Below are positions 8,188 through 16,987 of a stretch of DNA of 40,104 nucleotides, piece after piece. How positions within the stretch are numbered: position 1 is the first letter of the stretch; the number at the start of each line of letters is the position of its first letter. The DNA is from Actinomycetota bacterium. Its GTDB lineage: Bacteria > Actinomycetota > Acidimicrobiia > Spongiisociales > UBA5794. Both the position numbers and the translations under genes were made by a program. The stretch covers positions 1-40,104 of the forward strand of contig JBDLJV010000001.1 in NCBI GenBank assembly GCA_039714175.1, given 5' to 3'. The notes below the pieces were generated by a model that worked only from the letters and a program-made list of their open reading frames with translations, did not search any database and was not told where the DNA came from.

Positions 8188-8257
8188 CCGACTGCTGACA
8201 TCCGATTTCCGACTTCCGACTTCTGACAGCTGACTTCTGACAGCTGTACTCTCTGCC
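8188..8257. repeat. Tandem heptanucleotide array, 10 in-phase units (ccgactg ctgacat ccgattt ccgactt ccgactt ctgacag ctgactt ctgacag ctgtact ctctgcc)
   Basis: Read directly. Fills the ogt / PLP-enzyme intergenic spacer up to 3 nt before the ATG at 8260. Confidence 0.9.
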
Positions 8258-8259
8258 AC

Positions 8260-9936
8260 ATGGACATCATCGAGACCGTGCGGGCATCTGTCATCGGGGC
8301 AGACAACGTGGTTCCGGGGCCCTTCGGATCGCGCCGGATGACCTACGCCGACTACACGGCTTCCGGACGATCATTGAGCTTCATCGAGGACTACATCCGT
8401 GATGTGGTTCTCCCCCTCTACGCCAACACCCATACCGAGGCGTCCGGAACAGGGCTCCAGACCTCCAAGTTCCGCGAGGAAGCGCGGGAGATGATCAGAC
8501 GATGCCTCAACGCGTCCGATGAGTACGCCGTCATCTTCGCCGGGAATGGCTGCACGGGAGCGATTGACCGCATGATCAGGGTGCTGGGGCTCTCGATACC
8601 GGACACGCTGGAGCGCCAATACCACCTCACCGACGCGATCCCTCCAGATGAGCGCCCTGTGGTCTTCATCGGCCCGTTCGAGCACCACTCCAACGAGCTC
8701 CCATGGCGCGAGTCGATTGCAGATGTGGTCAAGATCGGTGAGGACCGTGACGGGCACATCGATCAGGATCAACTCGAAACGGAACTCATCCGGTACCAGG
8801 ACCGCTCGCTGAAGATCGGTTCGTTCTCTGCAGCATCGAATGTGACCGGAATCCTGTCGGACACCCGAGGCATCGCAACCCTCCTCCACAAGTACGGAGC
8901 TCTCTCGTTCTGGGACTTCGCTGCCGCTGCTCCCTATGTCTCAATGGATGTGCAGCCCGCCGACATGCCGGGCGCGTACAAGGACGCAGTGTTCATCTCG
9001 ATCCACAAGCTGATCGGAGGGCCCGGAACCCCGGGTCTGCTCGTCGCACGCAAGGAGCTGTTCAAGAACGCCGTGCCGGCTGTGCCCGGTGGCGGAACCG
9101 TGGCGTTCGTGCGGACGGATTCCCACGAGTATCTGACGGACATCGAGCACAGGGAAGAGGGTGGGACACCAGCGATCGTTGAGTCCATACGCGCCGGTCT
9201 CGTGTTCCAACTCAAGGATGCCGTTGGATCGGGTCGGATCCGCGAGCTCGAAGAGGGCTTCATCACTCGGGCGATCGAGTCCTGGTCGGAGAACCCCGAC
9301 ATCGATATCCTCGGCAACCCCGACGCCGAGCGCCTCTCGATCGTTTCGTTCGTGGTGAAGCACCAGGGCCAGTACCTGCACCACAACTTCGTGGTTGCAG
9401 TGCTCAACGACCTGTTCGGGATCCAGTCGCGGGGCGGGTGTTCGTGTGCAGGTCCTTATGGCCATGCTCTACTGGGTATCGACGATGCTCACTCAGAGGA
9501 GATCAGCCACGAGGTCGGACTCGGATGCGAAGGCATCAAGCCCGGTTGGGTACGAGTCAACTTCAACTACTTCATCTCCGATGCCGTATTCAGCTTCATC
9601 ACGGAGGCGGTCCATCTCGTGGCGACCCACGGTTGGAAGCTGCTGCCGTGGTACCAGTTCGATACGCACACGGCTGAGTGGACACATGTTGACGGAAGGG
9701 GTGATGCCCCGTTCTCGCTCTTCGACATCGACTACAGCAATGGAGAAATGCACTACGACACCCAGCCGGCCCACGTGCCCGACACGGAACTGGCTCGCTA
9801 TCTCGTGGAGGCGAATGCCCTGTTCGACTCCATAGATCCGGCGACAGGCCCTGCACAGCCTCCTGTCGAAGCAACAGCATCGTTCGAGGATCTCCGCTGG
9901 TTCCTGCTACCGGAGGAAGTCCGCACCGGTGAGTAG
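8260..9936 (+). CDS. Class-V aminotransferase-fold PLP-dependent enzyme (cysteine desulfurase-like, long form)
   Basis: 558 aa. N-terminal YADYTASGR...YANTHTE and the PLP-lysine context FISIHKLIGGPGTPG. Confidence 0.8.
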   Translation: MDIIETVRASVIGADNVVPGPFGSRRMTYADYTASGRSLSFIEDYIRDVVLPLYANTHTEASGTGLQTSKFREEAREMIRRCLNASDEYAVIFAGNGCTGAIDRMIRVLGLSIPDTLERQYHLTDAIPPDERPVVFIGPFEHHSNELPWRESIADVVKIGEDRDGHIDQDQLETELIRYQDRSLKIGSFSAASNVTGILSDTRGIATLLHKYGALSFWDFAAAAPYVSMDVQPADMPGAYKDAVFISIHKLIGGPGTPGLLVARKELFKNAVPAVPGGGTVAFVRTDSHEYLTDIEHREEGGTPAIVESIRAGLVFQLKDAVGSGRIRELEEGFITRAIESWSENPDIDILGNPDAERLSIVSFVVKHQGQYLHHNFVVAVLNDLFGIQSRGGCSCAGPYGHALLGIDDAHSEEISHEVGLGCEGIKPGWVRVNFNYFISDAVFSFITEAVHLVATHGWKLLPWYQFDTHTAEWTHVDGRGDAPFSLFDIDYSNGEMHYDTQPAHVPDTELARYLVEANALFDSIDPATGPAQPPVEATASFEDLRWFLLPEEVRTGE

Positions 9937-10816
9937 CGATACGCCGTCGTGGTTCACCGAAGCGTTGGCCACCGAACCCGAGGAGCGAGAGGTCGACGTC
10001 GATGGCACACCGATTCGCTACCTGTCGTGGGGTGACACCGACAAGCCCGGTCTCGTGTTCGTGCACGGTGGAGCAGCCCACGCCCACTGGTGGTCATTCA
10101 TTGCCCCACTGTTCACGAGCGAGTGGCACGCTGTCGCAATCCATCTGTCGGGGATGGGCGATTCAGGTCGACGAGATGCCTACTCACACGAGATGTGGGC
10201 GCGCGAGGTGATGGCGGTTGTCGATGACGCACAGTTCCCCGGACCACCCGTGCTCGTTGGGCACAGTCTTGGTGGCATGGTCACCATCCAGACGGCAGCA
10301 ACGTTCGGGAATCGGCTGAAGGGCGCCGTGATCGTCGATGCCCCCGTGCGAGAGCCCTCCCCGGAAGCAAAGGAGAGCCGATCGGGCCACGCGTTCAAGC
10401 AGCCCGGGGTTTACGCGTCGAGGGAGGAAGCGGCGTCTCACTTCGCTCTCGTACCGCGCCAGCCATGTGACAACGATTTCATCGTGGACTACATCGCTCA
10501 CAAGTCGATTCACGCGACAGATGCCGGGTGGACCTGGAAGTTCGACCCGATGATCTTCGCCGGCACACTGGTCGCTCTCAGGGATCAACTTGCCTCCGTC
10601 CAGTGCCGTGTTGCACTGTTCACCGGTGAGTGGTCAGTCGTGGTTCCGAAGGACACCGCCGCGTACATGTATGAGCTGATGGGGCGCGTATCCCCTGTGA
10701 TCGAGATTCCGCAGGCACATCACCATCTGACGCTCGACCAGCCGCTTGCTTTTGTCGCCGCGCTCAGGACGCTCCTCGCCGATTGGCACCACTCGATCGC
10801 CTTCAAACGGGTTTAG
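9929..10816 (+). CDS. Alpha/beta-fold hydrolase
   Basis: 295 aa with the nucleophile elbow GHSLGG and an HGGAAHAHWW oxyanion region. Its GTG start overlaps the upstream stop. Confidence 0.85.
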   Translation: MSSDTPSWFTEALATEPEEREVDVDGTPIRYLSWGDTDKPGLVFVHGGAAHAHWWSFIAPLFTSEWHAVAIHLSGMGDSGRRDAYSHEMWAREVMAVVDDAQFPGPPVLVGHSLGGMVTIQTAATFGNRLKGAVIVDAPVREPSPEAKESRSGHAFKQPGVYASREEAASHFALVPRQPCDNDFIVDYIAHKSIHATDAGWTWKFDPMIFAGTLVALRDQLASVQCRVALFTGEWSVVVPKDTAAYMYELMGRVSPVIEIPQAHHHLTLDQPLAFVAALRTLLADWHHSIAFKRV

Positions 10817-10841
10817 CGCTTCGGGTAAGCTGCAGTTTGGT

Positions 10842-11501
10842 ATGGGAATTCCGAAACACAGCCAGCTCACACTCGATCAGGCGTATCAAGCCACGTATCT
10901 GTGGCTCGACCACGTTGACGATCCTCCTATCGAGATCTCCGAGCCGGCACACGGCTCGGTCGAGATCCATACTGAGAACGCCTACGTCCGGGTTCGATCA
11001 AGCGAAGGACCGGTCGAGCAATCCTCTGTTCTGGCTCTGATGCGTGCTGCCGGTCCGGGCAAGAGGCTCCTCCTCTTCTCCCCCTCCGGATTCTCACCAG
11101 GTGCACGCTCGATTGCCGAAACACAGGGCATCGGGCTGTTCTCCCTCGATGCATCCGGGCGAGCCGTTCCCGAGACCACACACGCTCGCTCGGTCTCGCC
11201 CGACACAGAACCCGATCCTCCGTTCCCCCCTGAGGCCACAGAGGAAGAAGACACCTTCTGGTCCCCCAGGCCTCCACCGACATTCGATGCCGATCCAGAA
11301 GACGAGCCCGAAAGCGAGCCGGAAGGCATCGATGCAACGGCCGAGGACTGGTCCGACTGCCCCTCATGTGGGACCACCCACTACCGCAGCGCCAACTTCT
11401 GCAAGGAGTGCGGTACCAAGATGACTCCGGACCCCGCAGAGGCTCCCACGATGGTCTGCCGCACCTGCGGTGGTCACGACATCAAGATCCTCGATACCTG
11501 A
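10842..11501 (+). CDS. Mrr-cat-like (restriction endonuclease fold, apparently degenerate) protein with C-terminal double zinc ribbon
   Basis: 219 aa from the ATG at 10842. Core VEIHTENAYVRVRSSEG...LLLFSPSGFSPGARSIAETQGIGLFSLD resembles the Mrr_cat layout. An acidic/Pro-rich linker is followed by CPSCG...CKECG and CRTCG. Confidence 0.5.
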   Translation: MGIPKHSQLTLDQAYQATYLWLDHVDDPPIEISEPAHGSVEIHTENAYVRVRSSEGPVEQSSVLALMRAAGPGKRLLLFSPSGFSPGARSIAETQGIGLFSLDASGRAVPETTHARSVSPDTEPDPPFPPEATEEEDTFWSPRPPPTFDADPEDEPESEPEGIDATAEDWSDCPSCGTTHYRSANFCKECGTKMTPDPAEAPTMVCRTCGGHDIKILDT

Positions 11502-11570
11502 GAACTCCGTTACGAACCCAGGATTCGCGACGGGAAGACCCGGTATCTCCAGCCCACAGAATGGGTGGAG

Positions 11571-12146
11571 CTACACAGTGGGCTTGCGCATATGAAGCCG
11601 AGTCCGCTCCGCTGCCTCCGCTCCGGTGATCGAGAGCGAAATTCCGGCCAGCTCCATCCGACGCTCAAGTGCGCTCCGGAACTTCTTCGGACAGGTGCCG
11701 AAACCAGACAGAGGCACCGCTTCCCCGCGGGCCAGTCGAGCACGCTCCGTAAGGTCGATCTCAACGGGTGGAAGAGCCCCCAACGGATGGTCGGGATTGG
11801 CTCCTGGTTCGAGCCGCGTGATCACGCCGTCACCATCAGCCGAAATGGAGATCCGGACGTACCAGGGAAGGAACTCTTCGTTCTCGTCGTAATCAAGGCT
11901 TATGTCGGTGAACGCTTCGTAGGGAATCCGGTACGTGTGGTCGTGCGGGTCATCGCCGACGACGTAGAAGAGCGCTCGATCCGACAGCAACCAGAACAAC
12001 ACGGCACGTTCTGAATCCCTGCGATCGAGTCCAGCTGCGGAACGATCCAACGTCTCGTCATCGATCGTGAGTGGTCGGGCCTTGGTCTTCGCCTCGCCTC
12101 GACCGAGATCGAGTACCGACTGTTTGAACGCATGCAAGATGGCCAT
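11571..12146 (-). CDS. Hypothetical protein (possible bacterial PH-like domain)
   Basis: 191 aa from MAILHAF. Coding-like composition. The AVLFWLLSDRALFYVV...RIPYEAFTDISL segment is PH/GRAM-like. No confident family. Confidence 0.5.
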   Translation of the reverse strand: MAILHAFKQSVLDLGRGEAKTKARPLTIDDETLDRSAAGLDRRDSERAVLFWLLSDRALFYVVGDDPHDHTYRIPYEAFTDISLDYDENEEFLPWYVRISISADGDGVITRLEPGANPDHPLGALPPVEIDLTERARLARGEAVPLSGFGTCPKKFRSALERRMELAGISLSITGAEAAERTRLHMRKPTV

Positions 12147-12160
12147 GCCAGAAGGATAGG

Positions 12161-12195
12161 GCAGAGAACAGAGGGCAGAGAACAGAGAACAAAGG
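12161..12195. repeat. Tandem heptanucleotide array (gcagaga acagagg gcagaga acagaga acaaagg)
   Basis: Five in-phase 7-mers in the divergent intergenic region. Confidence 0.85.
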
Positions 12196-12273
12196 ATGGA
12201 CGGCAAAGACGGAATCTTCCCAACTCTCAGCTCACGGCTCTCAGCGAAGAGGCATCTTCGGAGGTCGGGTTGT

Positions 12274-12301
12274 TCTACGTACTACGTACTACGTACTACG
12301 T
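12274..12301. repeat. Tandem heptanucleotide array (tctacgt + actacgt x3)
   Basis: Four in-phase 7-mers ending 8 nt before the CPBP ATG (12309). Confidence 0.9.
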
Positions 12302-12308
12302 TCGCCCC

Positions 12309-13118
12309 ATGGGCAAGGACCTCAGAACAACGGGACACGAACAGGCGTGGTCGTGGCCGCTCGAAGATTGGGAACGGATGTGGCGTCCTTCCTACTGGCT
12401 CAAGACCCCTCCTCGGCCACACGACACACACATCTGGCATCTCGTCGCAATCCTTGCGCTCGCCGGATACGCCAACGTCATCTCGAACGAGGTCCTATCT
12501 GATGTCTGGCACATTCCCTTCAACCTCGGCATCCTCGCTGTTGCACTTCTCATCGCACGCCGAGCCGGTACGACTTGGACCACGATGGGACTCCGCAAGG
12601 ATCGCCGGAGACAGGGGGTCGCAGTCGGCGTCGTTGTCATCGGGGTCATCGCAATCGGCGTAGCCATAGCGATCGTGATACCTGCAACACGGGAAGCCTT
12701 CAAGGACGATCGCATCATCGAGAACTCTGCCGCATGGGGCTTCTACCAAGCATTCGTGAGAATCCCCCTCGCAACCGCCCTCTACGAGGAGGTCCTGTTC
12801 AGGGGGATCGTTTTCGGGATGCTGATCCGGAGGCGCTCAGTACTGGTGGCAGGGCTGATGACCTCCGTTCTGTTCGGTCTGTGGCACATCCTGCCGACCC
12901 TCGACACGCTTCAGACCAATCCGGCGGGAAACCTGTTCACGGGCGCGATCGGACTCGTGATCGCCATTGCCGGAGCGATCGCCGGAACATTCGTCGCCGG
13001 ACTCGGGTTCCTCTGGATCCGTCTCTATGCCAATAGCACCTACGCAGCCTGGCTCGCACATATCGGCACCAACTCAACCGCAATGCTGGGAGCAATGGTC
13101 GTGGTGCATCTCCTCTAG
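12309..13118 (+). CDS. CPBP-family intramembrane glutamic endopeptidase (CAAX protease/Abi)
   Basis: 269 aa from MGKDL. Motifs EEVLFRG and FGLWH, plus a C-terminal H (LAHIGTN), in a polytopic membrane protein. Confidence 0.85.
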   Translation: MGKDLRTTGHEQAWSWPLEDWERMWRPSYWLKTPPRPHDTHIWHLVAILALAGYANVISNEVLSDVWHIPFNLGILAVALLIARRAGTTWTTMGLRKDRRRQGVAVGVVVIGVIAIGVAIAIVIPATREAFKDDRIIENSAAWGFYQAFVRIPLATALYEEVLFRGIVFGMLIRRRSVLVAGLMTSVLFGLWHILPTLDTLQTNPAGNLFTGAIGLVIAIAGAIAGTFVAGLGFLWIRLYANSTYAAWLAHIGTNSTAMLGAMVVVHLL

Positions 13119-13120
13119 AA

Positions 13121-13178
13121 CGGAAGTCGGAACGCTTCGCTCTCGGAAGTCGGATATCGGATATCGGACATCGGATGT
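13121..13178. repeat. Tandem heptanucleotide array (cggaagt cggaacg ... cggaagt cggatat cggatat cggacat cggatgt)
   Basis: Reverse-complement word family of the 8188-8257 array (AGTCGG = rc of CCGACT). Five consecutive in-phase units at 13144-13178. Confidence 0.9.
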
Positions 13179-13212
13179 TCTGGTCTTGACATCTCGGGAC
13201 GTCAAGACCAGA
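13179..13212. promoter_or_regulatory. 12-bp perfect inverted repeat (TCTGGTCTTGAC-n10-GTCAAGACCAGA) containing TTGACA
   Basis: Arms 13179-13190 and 13201-13212 are exact reverse complements. TTGACA lies at 13186-13191. The site sits between the CPBP stop and the ABC exporter, so it could be an operator or a terminator. Confidence 0.5.
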
Positions 13213-13415
13213 CTGGTGGCATCTGGTCCTTGGGGACCGGGTTAGCGATTTAGGAGGGTCGATGATCAGACTGTCTCAGTCATCCGCATCACCGGCTCTC
13301 GCGCGCCCGAAAACGCTGTAGAAACAGCCTTCTCCCCGCTCTCGAGATCCACCTCAGGTGACGGTTCGCCGTTGACAGTACCTGCCTCGACCCCTCGATC
13401 CATCAAGGACCACGC

Positions 13416-15167
13416 ATGATTCCCGTAGCCGCATATTTCAAACTCTTCACCGGATACCTCCGGCCCCACCGCCGTAGGGCAGTGCTGCTCGCCGTCGTCC
13501 TGATCACAACGATCGCGCTTCAGCTCGTCAACCCTCAGTTGATCAAGCGATTCATCGATGGTGCCATAGAAGGCACATCCGTATCTCGGTTGATCCCGCT
13601 CGCCGTGGCGTTCATGATCGTTGCCGTGTCCCACAGCCTGTTGTCGGTGTGGGCGACCTACCTCGCCGAAGACATCGGATGGTCCGCCACCAACGAGCTA
13701 CGAGCGGACCTGACAGGCCACATCCTCCATCTGGACATGGGCTTTCACAAAGGCACCAGTCCGGGTGAGCTGATCGAGCGGATCGACGGCGATGTGACCG
13801 CGCTGTCGAACTTCTTCTCAGCGATGATGATCAAGGTCGTCGGCAACGGCGTCCTGCTTATCGGCATCATCGTGATGTTGGCGTTCGAGTCGTGGATCAT
13901 CGCTCTCGCCATCGGGTTGCTCACAATGGGCACGTTCCTGTGGATGGGCAAGATCCACGCGATCACGGTCCCCTGGCAGAAGGACATCCGCGCGACCAGC
14001 GCAGAGTTCCACGGCTATGTCGGCGAACAGGTAGACGGCACCGAAGACATCGAAGCGAACGGAGCGGTTCCGTTCATGCTCGCCAAGTTCGATGGCATCC
14101 AGCGCAAGTGGCTGCCTCAGGTCGTCAGGGGATGGACCGGTTGGGCGATGATGTGGAGTTCCTCGATGGTGCTGTACTTCCTCTCGCTCGGACTCGTGTA
14201 CGTCACCGGCGCATGGCTGCTCGGAGTGGGATCTCTGACGCTCGGAGCCGTGTACATCGCCGCTCACTACGTGGAGATGGCGCATCGCCCCATCGAGGAG
14301 ATCAGGGAGCAACTCGTCGACCTGCAGAAGGCAGGTGCATCAATCGACCGCGTCCAGGAGCTCTTCGCCCGAACGACGAGGCTGGAACAGCGCTCGCAGG
14401 AGAAGCTCGCTGACGGCCCACTGAGGGTGCAGTTCGATGCAGTCACGTTCGCGTACGACGATGAGGCCGGAGCCGAGATCGTGCTCGACGATGTCTCATT
14501 CGACATCGCTCCGGGACGCGTCGTAGGTCTCCTCGGCAGAACCGGCTCGGGCAAGTCAACGATCGCGCGATTGGCCGCCCGTCTGTACGAGCCGCAGGAC
14601 GGTGAAGTGCGGATTGGTGGCACAGCGACATGGAACGTCGATCTTGACGAACTGAGGCAAAAGGTCGCGATGGTGACCCAGGATGTTCAGCTGTTCAGGG
14701 CAACCGTTCGGGACAATCTCACGTTCTTCAACAGCACAATCGAAGACAGTCTCCTCATCGACGTGATCCATCGTCTCGAGTTGGACGAGTGGCTCTCGTC
14801 GCTGCCGTCGGGTCTCGACACCATGCTCGAGTCCGGGAGCGGTGGGCTGTCCGCTGGCCAGGCCCAGCTTCTTGCCTTCACGCGGGTATTCCTGCGGGAT
14901 CCCGGCATCGTCGTGCTCGATGAAGCCTCGTCGAGACTCGACCCGGCAACAGAGGCTCTGCTGGAGCGCGCAGTCGACCATCTCCTCGAGAACCGGACAG
15001 CGATCCTGATCGCTCACAGGCTCGACACGGTGGCGCGCGCCGACGACATCGTGATCCTCGAGGACGGAAAGGTCATCGAGCACGGGGAACGCGAGACGCT
15101 ACAAGCGGACTCAGAGTCCGTCTTCTCGCGACTCCTTACAGCAGGAATGGAGGAAGCCCTCGCATGA
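13416..15167 (+). CDS. ABC exporter, fused permease/ATPase (heterodimer subunit 1)
   Basis: 583 aa. Six-TM exporter domain, Walker A GRTGSGKST, signature LSAGQAQ, Walker B IVVLDEAS. Confidence 0.92.
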   Translation: MIPVAAYFKLFTGYLRPHRRRAVLLAVVLITTIALQLVNPQLIKRFIDGAIEGTSVSRLIPLAVAFMIVAVSHSLLSVWATYLAEDIGWSATNELRADLTGHILHLDMGFHKGTSPGELIERIDGDVTALSNFFSAMMIKVVGNGVLLIGIIVMLAFESWIIALAIGLLTMGTFLWMGKIHAITVPWQKDIRATSAEFHGYVGEQVDGTEDIEANGAVPFMLAKFDGIQRKWLPQVVRGWTGWAMMWSSSMVLYFLSLGLVYVTGAWLLGVGSLTLGAVYIAAHYVEMAHRPIEEIREQLVDLQKAGASIDRVQELFARTTRLEQRSQEKLADGPLRVQFDAVTFAYDDEAGAEIVLDDVSFDIAPGRVVGLLGRTGSGKSTIARLAARLYEPQDGEVRIGGTATWNVDLDELRQKVAMVTQDVQLFRATVRDNLTFFNSTIEDSLLIDVIHRLELDEWLSSLPSGLDTMLESGSGGLSAGQAQLLAFTRVFLRDPGIVVLDEASSRLDPATEALLERAVDHLLENRTAILIAHRLDTVARADDIVILEDGKVIEHGERETLQADSESVFSRLLTAGMEEALA

Positions 15168-16987
15168 CGAATCTCAAACCACGCTGGTTCGCCGCGGTGC
15201 TCTGGAAGATGGCGCGTCAGCAGCCGTTCCGGTACATCTGGGCCCTTTTCATCTGGACCTCGATCTGGACGATGCCGATCGCCGTCGGTGTCATCGCAGC
15301 GAGGTACTTCGACGCGCTCGCTGTGGGAATCGACACAACAACACTCGTCCTGACCGTCACGGCGCTCGGCGCCTATGCGTTCGGACGAGCCGTGTTCATC
15401 TTCCTCGGCATGCGGAACCACGCCTCGCTGCTCTTCCGGGCGGCGGCGCTCATGCGCAAGAACCTGCTCGTCAGGATCTACGAGCTCCCCGGCGCTGCTG
15501 CATTGGACGAGACCCCCGGCGAGATCGTCAGTCGGTTCCGTGACGACGTGGAACACGTCATCGAACCGTTCGACATCACGGTCGACTTCGTCGGTGCGCT
15601 CATCTCCGGCACGGTCTCGTTCGTGATTCTGTGGACGATCGATCCGACAATCACCATGGCAGTCGCTGTGCCGATCGCCGTCGTTGCCTTCGTGGCGAAT
15701 CGCACGGGCGGATTGATACGTCGGTATCGCACAGAAGCAAGAGATGCGACTGAGGCGATCACCGGATTTCTCGGGGAGACGTTCAACGCAACACAATCCG
15801 TCAAGGTCGCTGGCGCCGAGTCCTACATGCTCGAACACTTCAGGGAACTGAACGAGGTTCGCAGGTCGAAGATGGTGCGTGACCGCACGCTGAGCGCAGT
15901 GCTCCTCAACGTGTTCCGGAGCGCCGTGAACGTCGGAACGGGTCTCGTGCTGCTGCTTGCAGCCGGGAGGCTCGGGATCAGTGGCTCAACGGGTATCTCG
16001 CTTGGTGAGTTCGCTTTGTTCGTCTACCTGCTGAATCTCACGACAGATGCCGGGTATTTCTACGGCATCTTCGTAGCGCGTTCCAAGCAGGGCAGCGTAA
16101 GCATCGACCGTCTGACGAACACGTTGTCGGGTAAGGCGTGGAAGCGGTTGTTCATCCCGACGCCGATCCACCTCGACGACGGGGGCGCACCCATCGCACG
16201 CGTCGAACCGGCGAGCGAGCCGTTCCGATCACTGCGAGTGGAAGGCCTCACCTACCACTACAACGGATCGAGCAACGGAATCGATGACATCGACCTCGAG
16301 GTCAACGAGGGCGAGTTCGTCGTGGTCACAGGGAAGATCGGATCCGGAAAGACAACCCTCCTGCGCACGGTTCTCGGACTGCTGCCCGCAGAAGCGGGCT
16401 CTCTCGAGTGGAACGACAGAGACATCGAGGATGCTTCGACATGGATGGTGCCACCGCGGGCGGCGTACACGCCTCAGGTCCCGAGGCTGTTCTCGATGTC
16501 ACTCGAGGACAACCTCGTGCTTGGTGCGGCAATGCACGACGGCCTATCCGACAATGGCATCCTGGACGAATCGATCCATATTGCCACCATGGGTCACGAT
16601 ATCGACATGATGGCCGAAGGCCTCGGGACGATGATCGGGCCCCGCGGCGTGCGACTCTCCGGCGGCCAGATTCAGCGCACGGCGACGGCTCGCATGCTGA
16701 CACGCGTTCCGCAGTTGCTGGTTCTCGACGATGTGTCCTCGGCGCTTGACGTCGAGACCGAGCGCCTGATGTGGTCGCGCCTGTTCGAAGAACGGGGCAG
16801 GGTGGCAACACTCGTTGTGTCCCATCGTCACGCCGCTCTGGCGCGAGCAGATCGTGTCGTGGTCATGGACAAGGGCCGGGTCGTTGCCGTCGGAACAGCG
16901 GCCGAACTCGAAGAGAGCTCGGAGACCTTCCGGGCGATCTGGGAGGGAGCGCTCGGAGCGACGAATGGAGTGTCTAGCCGCGGGTGA
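15164..16987 (+). CDS. ABC exporter, fused permease/ATPase (heterodimer subunit 2)
   Basis: 607 aa. ATGA overlap with subunit 1. Walker A GKIGSGKTT, signature LSGGQIQ, Walker B LLVLDDVS. Confidence 0.92.
   Translation: MTNLKPRWFAAVLWKMARQQPFRYIWALFIWTSIWTMPIAVGVIAARYFDALAVGIDTTTLVLTVTALGAYAFGRAVFIFLGMRNHASLLFRAAALMRKNLLVRIYELPGAAALDETPGEIVSRFRDDVEHVIEPFDITVDFVGALISGTVSFVILWTIDPTITMAVAVPIAVVAFVANRTGGLIRRYRTEARDATEAITGFLGETFNATQSVKVAGAESYMLEHFRELNEVRRSKMVRDRTLSAVLLNVFRSAVNVGTGLVLLLAAGRLGISGSTGISLGEFALFVYLLNLTTDAGYFYGIFVARSKQGSVSIDRLTNTLSGKAWKRLFIPTPIHLDDGGAPIARVEPASEPFRSLRVEGLTYHYNGSSNGIDDIDLEVNEGEFVVVTGKIGSGKTTLLRTVLGLLPAEAGSLEWNDRDIEDASTWMVPPRAAYTPQVPRLFSMSLEDNLVLGAAMHDGLSDNGILDESIHIATMGHDIDMMAEGLGTMIGPRGVRLSGGQIQRTATARMLTRVPQLLVLDDVSSALDVETERLMWSRLFEERGRVATLVVSHRHAALARADRVVVMDKGRVVAVGTAAELEESSETFRAIWEGALGATNGVSSRG

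Noticed and set aside
8188-8257. Heptad arrays considered as a CRISPR array or minisatellite-encoded peptide
   Set aside because: The period is 7 nt with no spacers, so this is not a CRISPR array. Period 7 is not a multiple of 3, and the arrays sit between genes, so they do not encode a peptide repeat.
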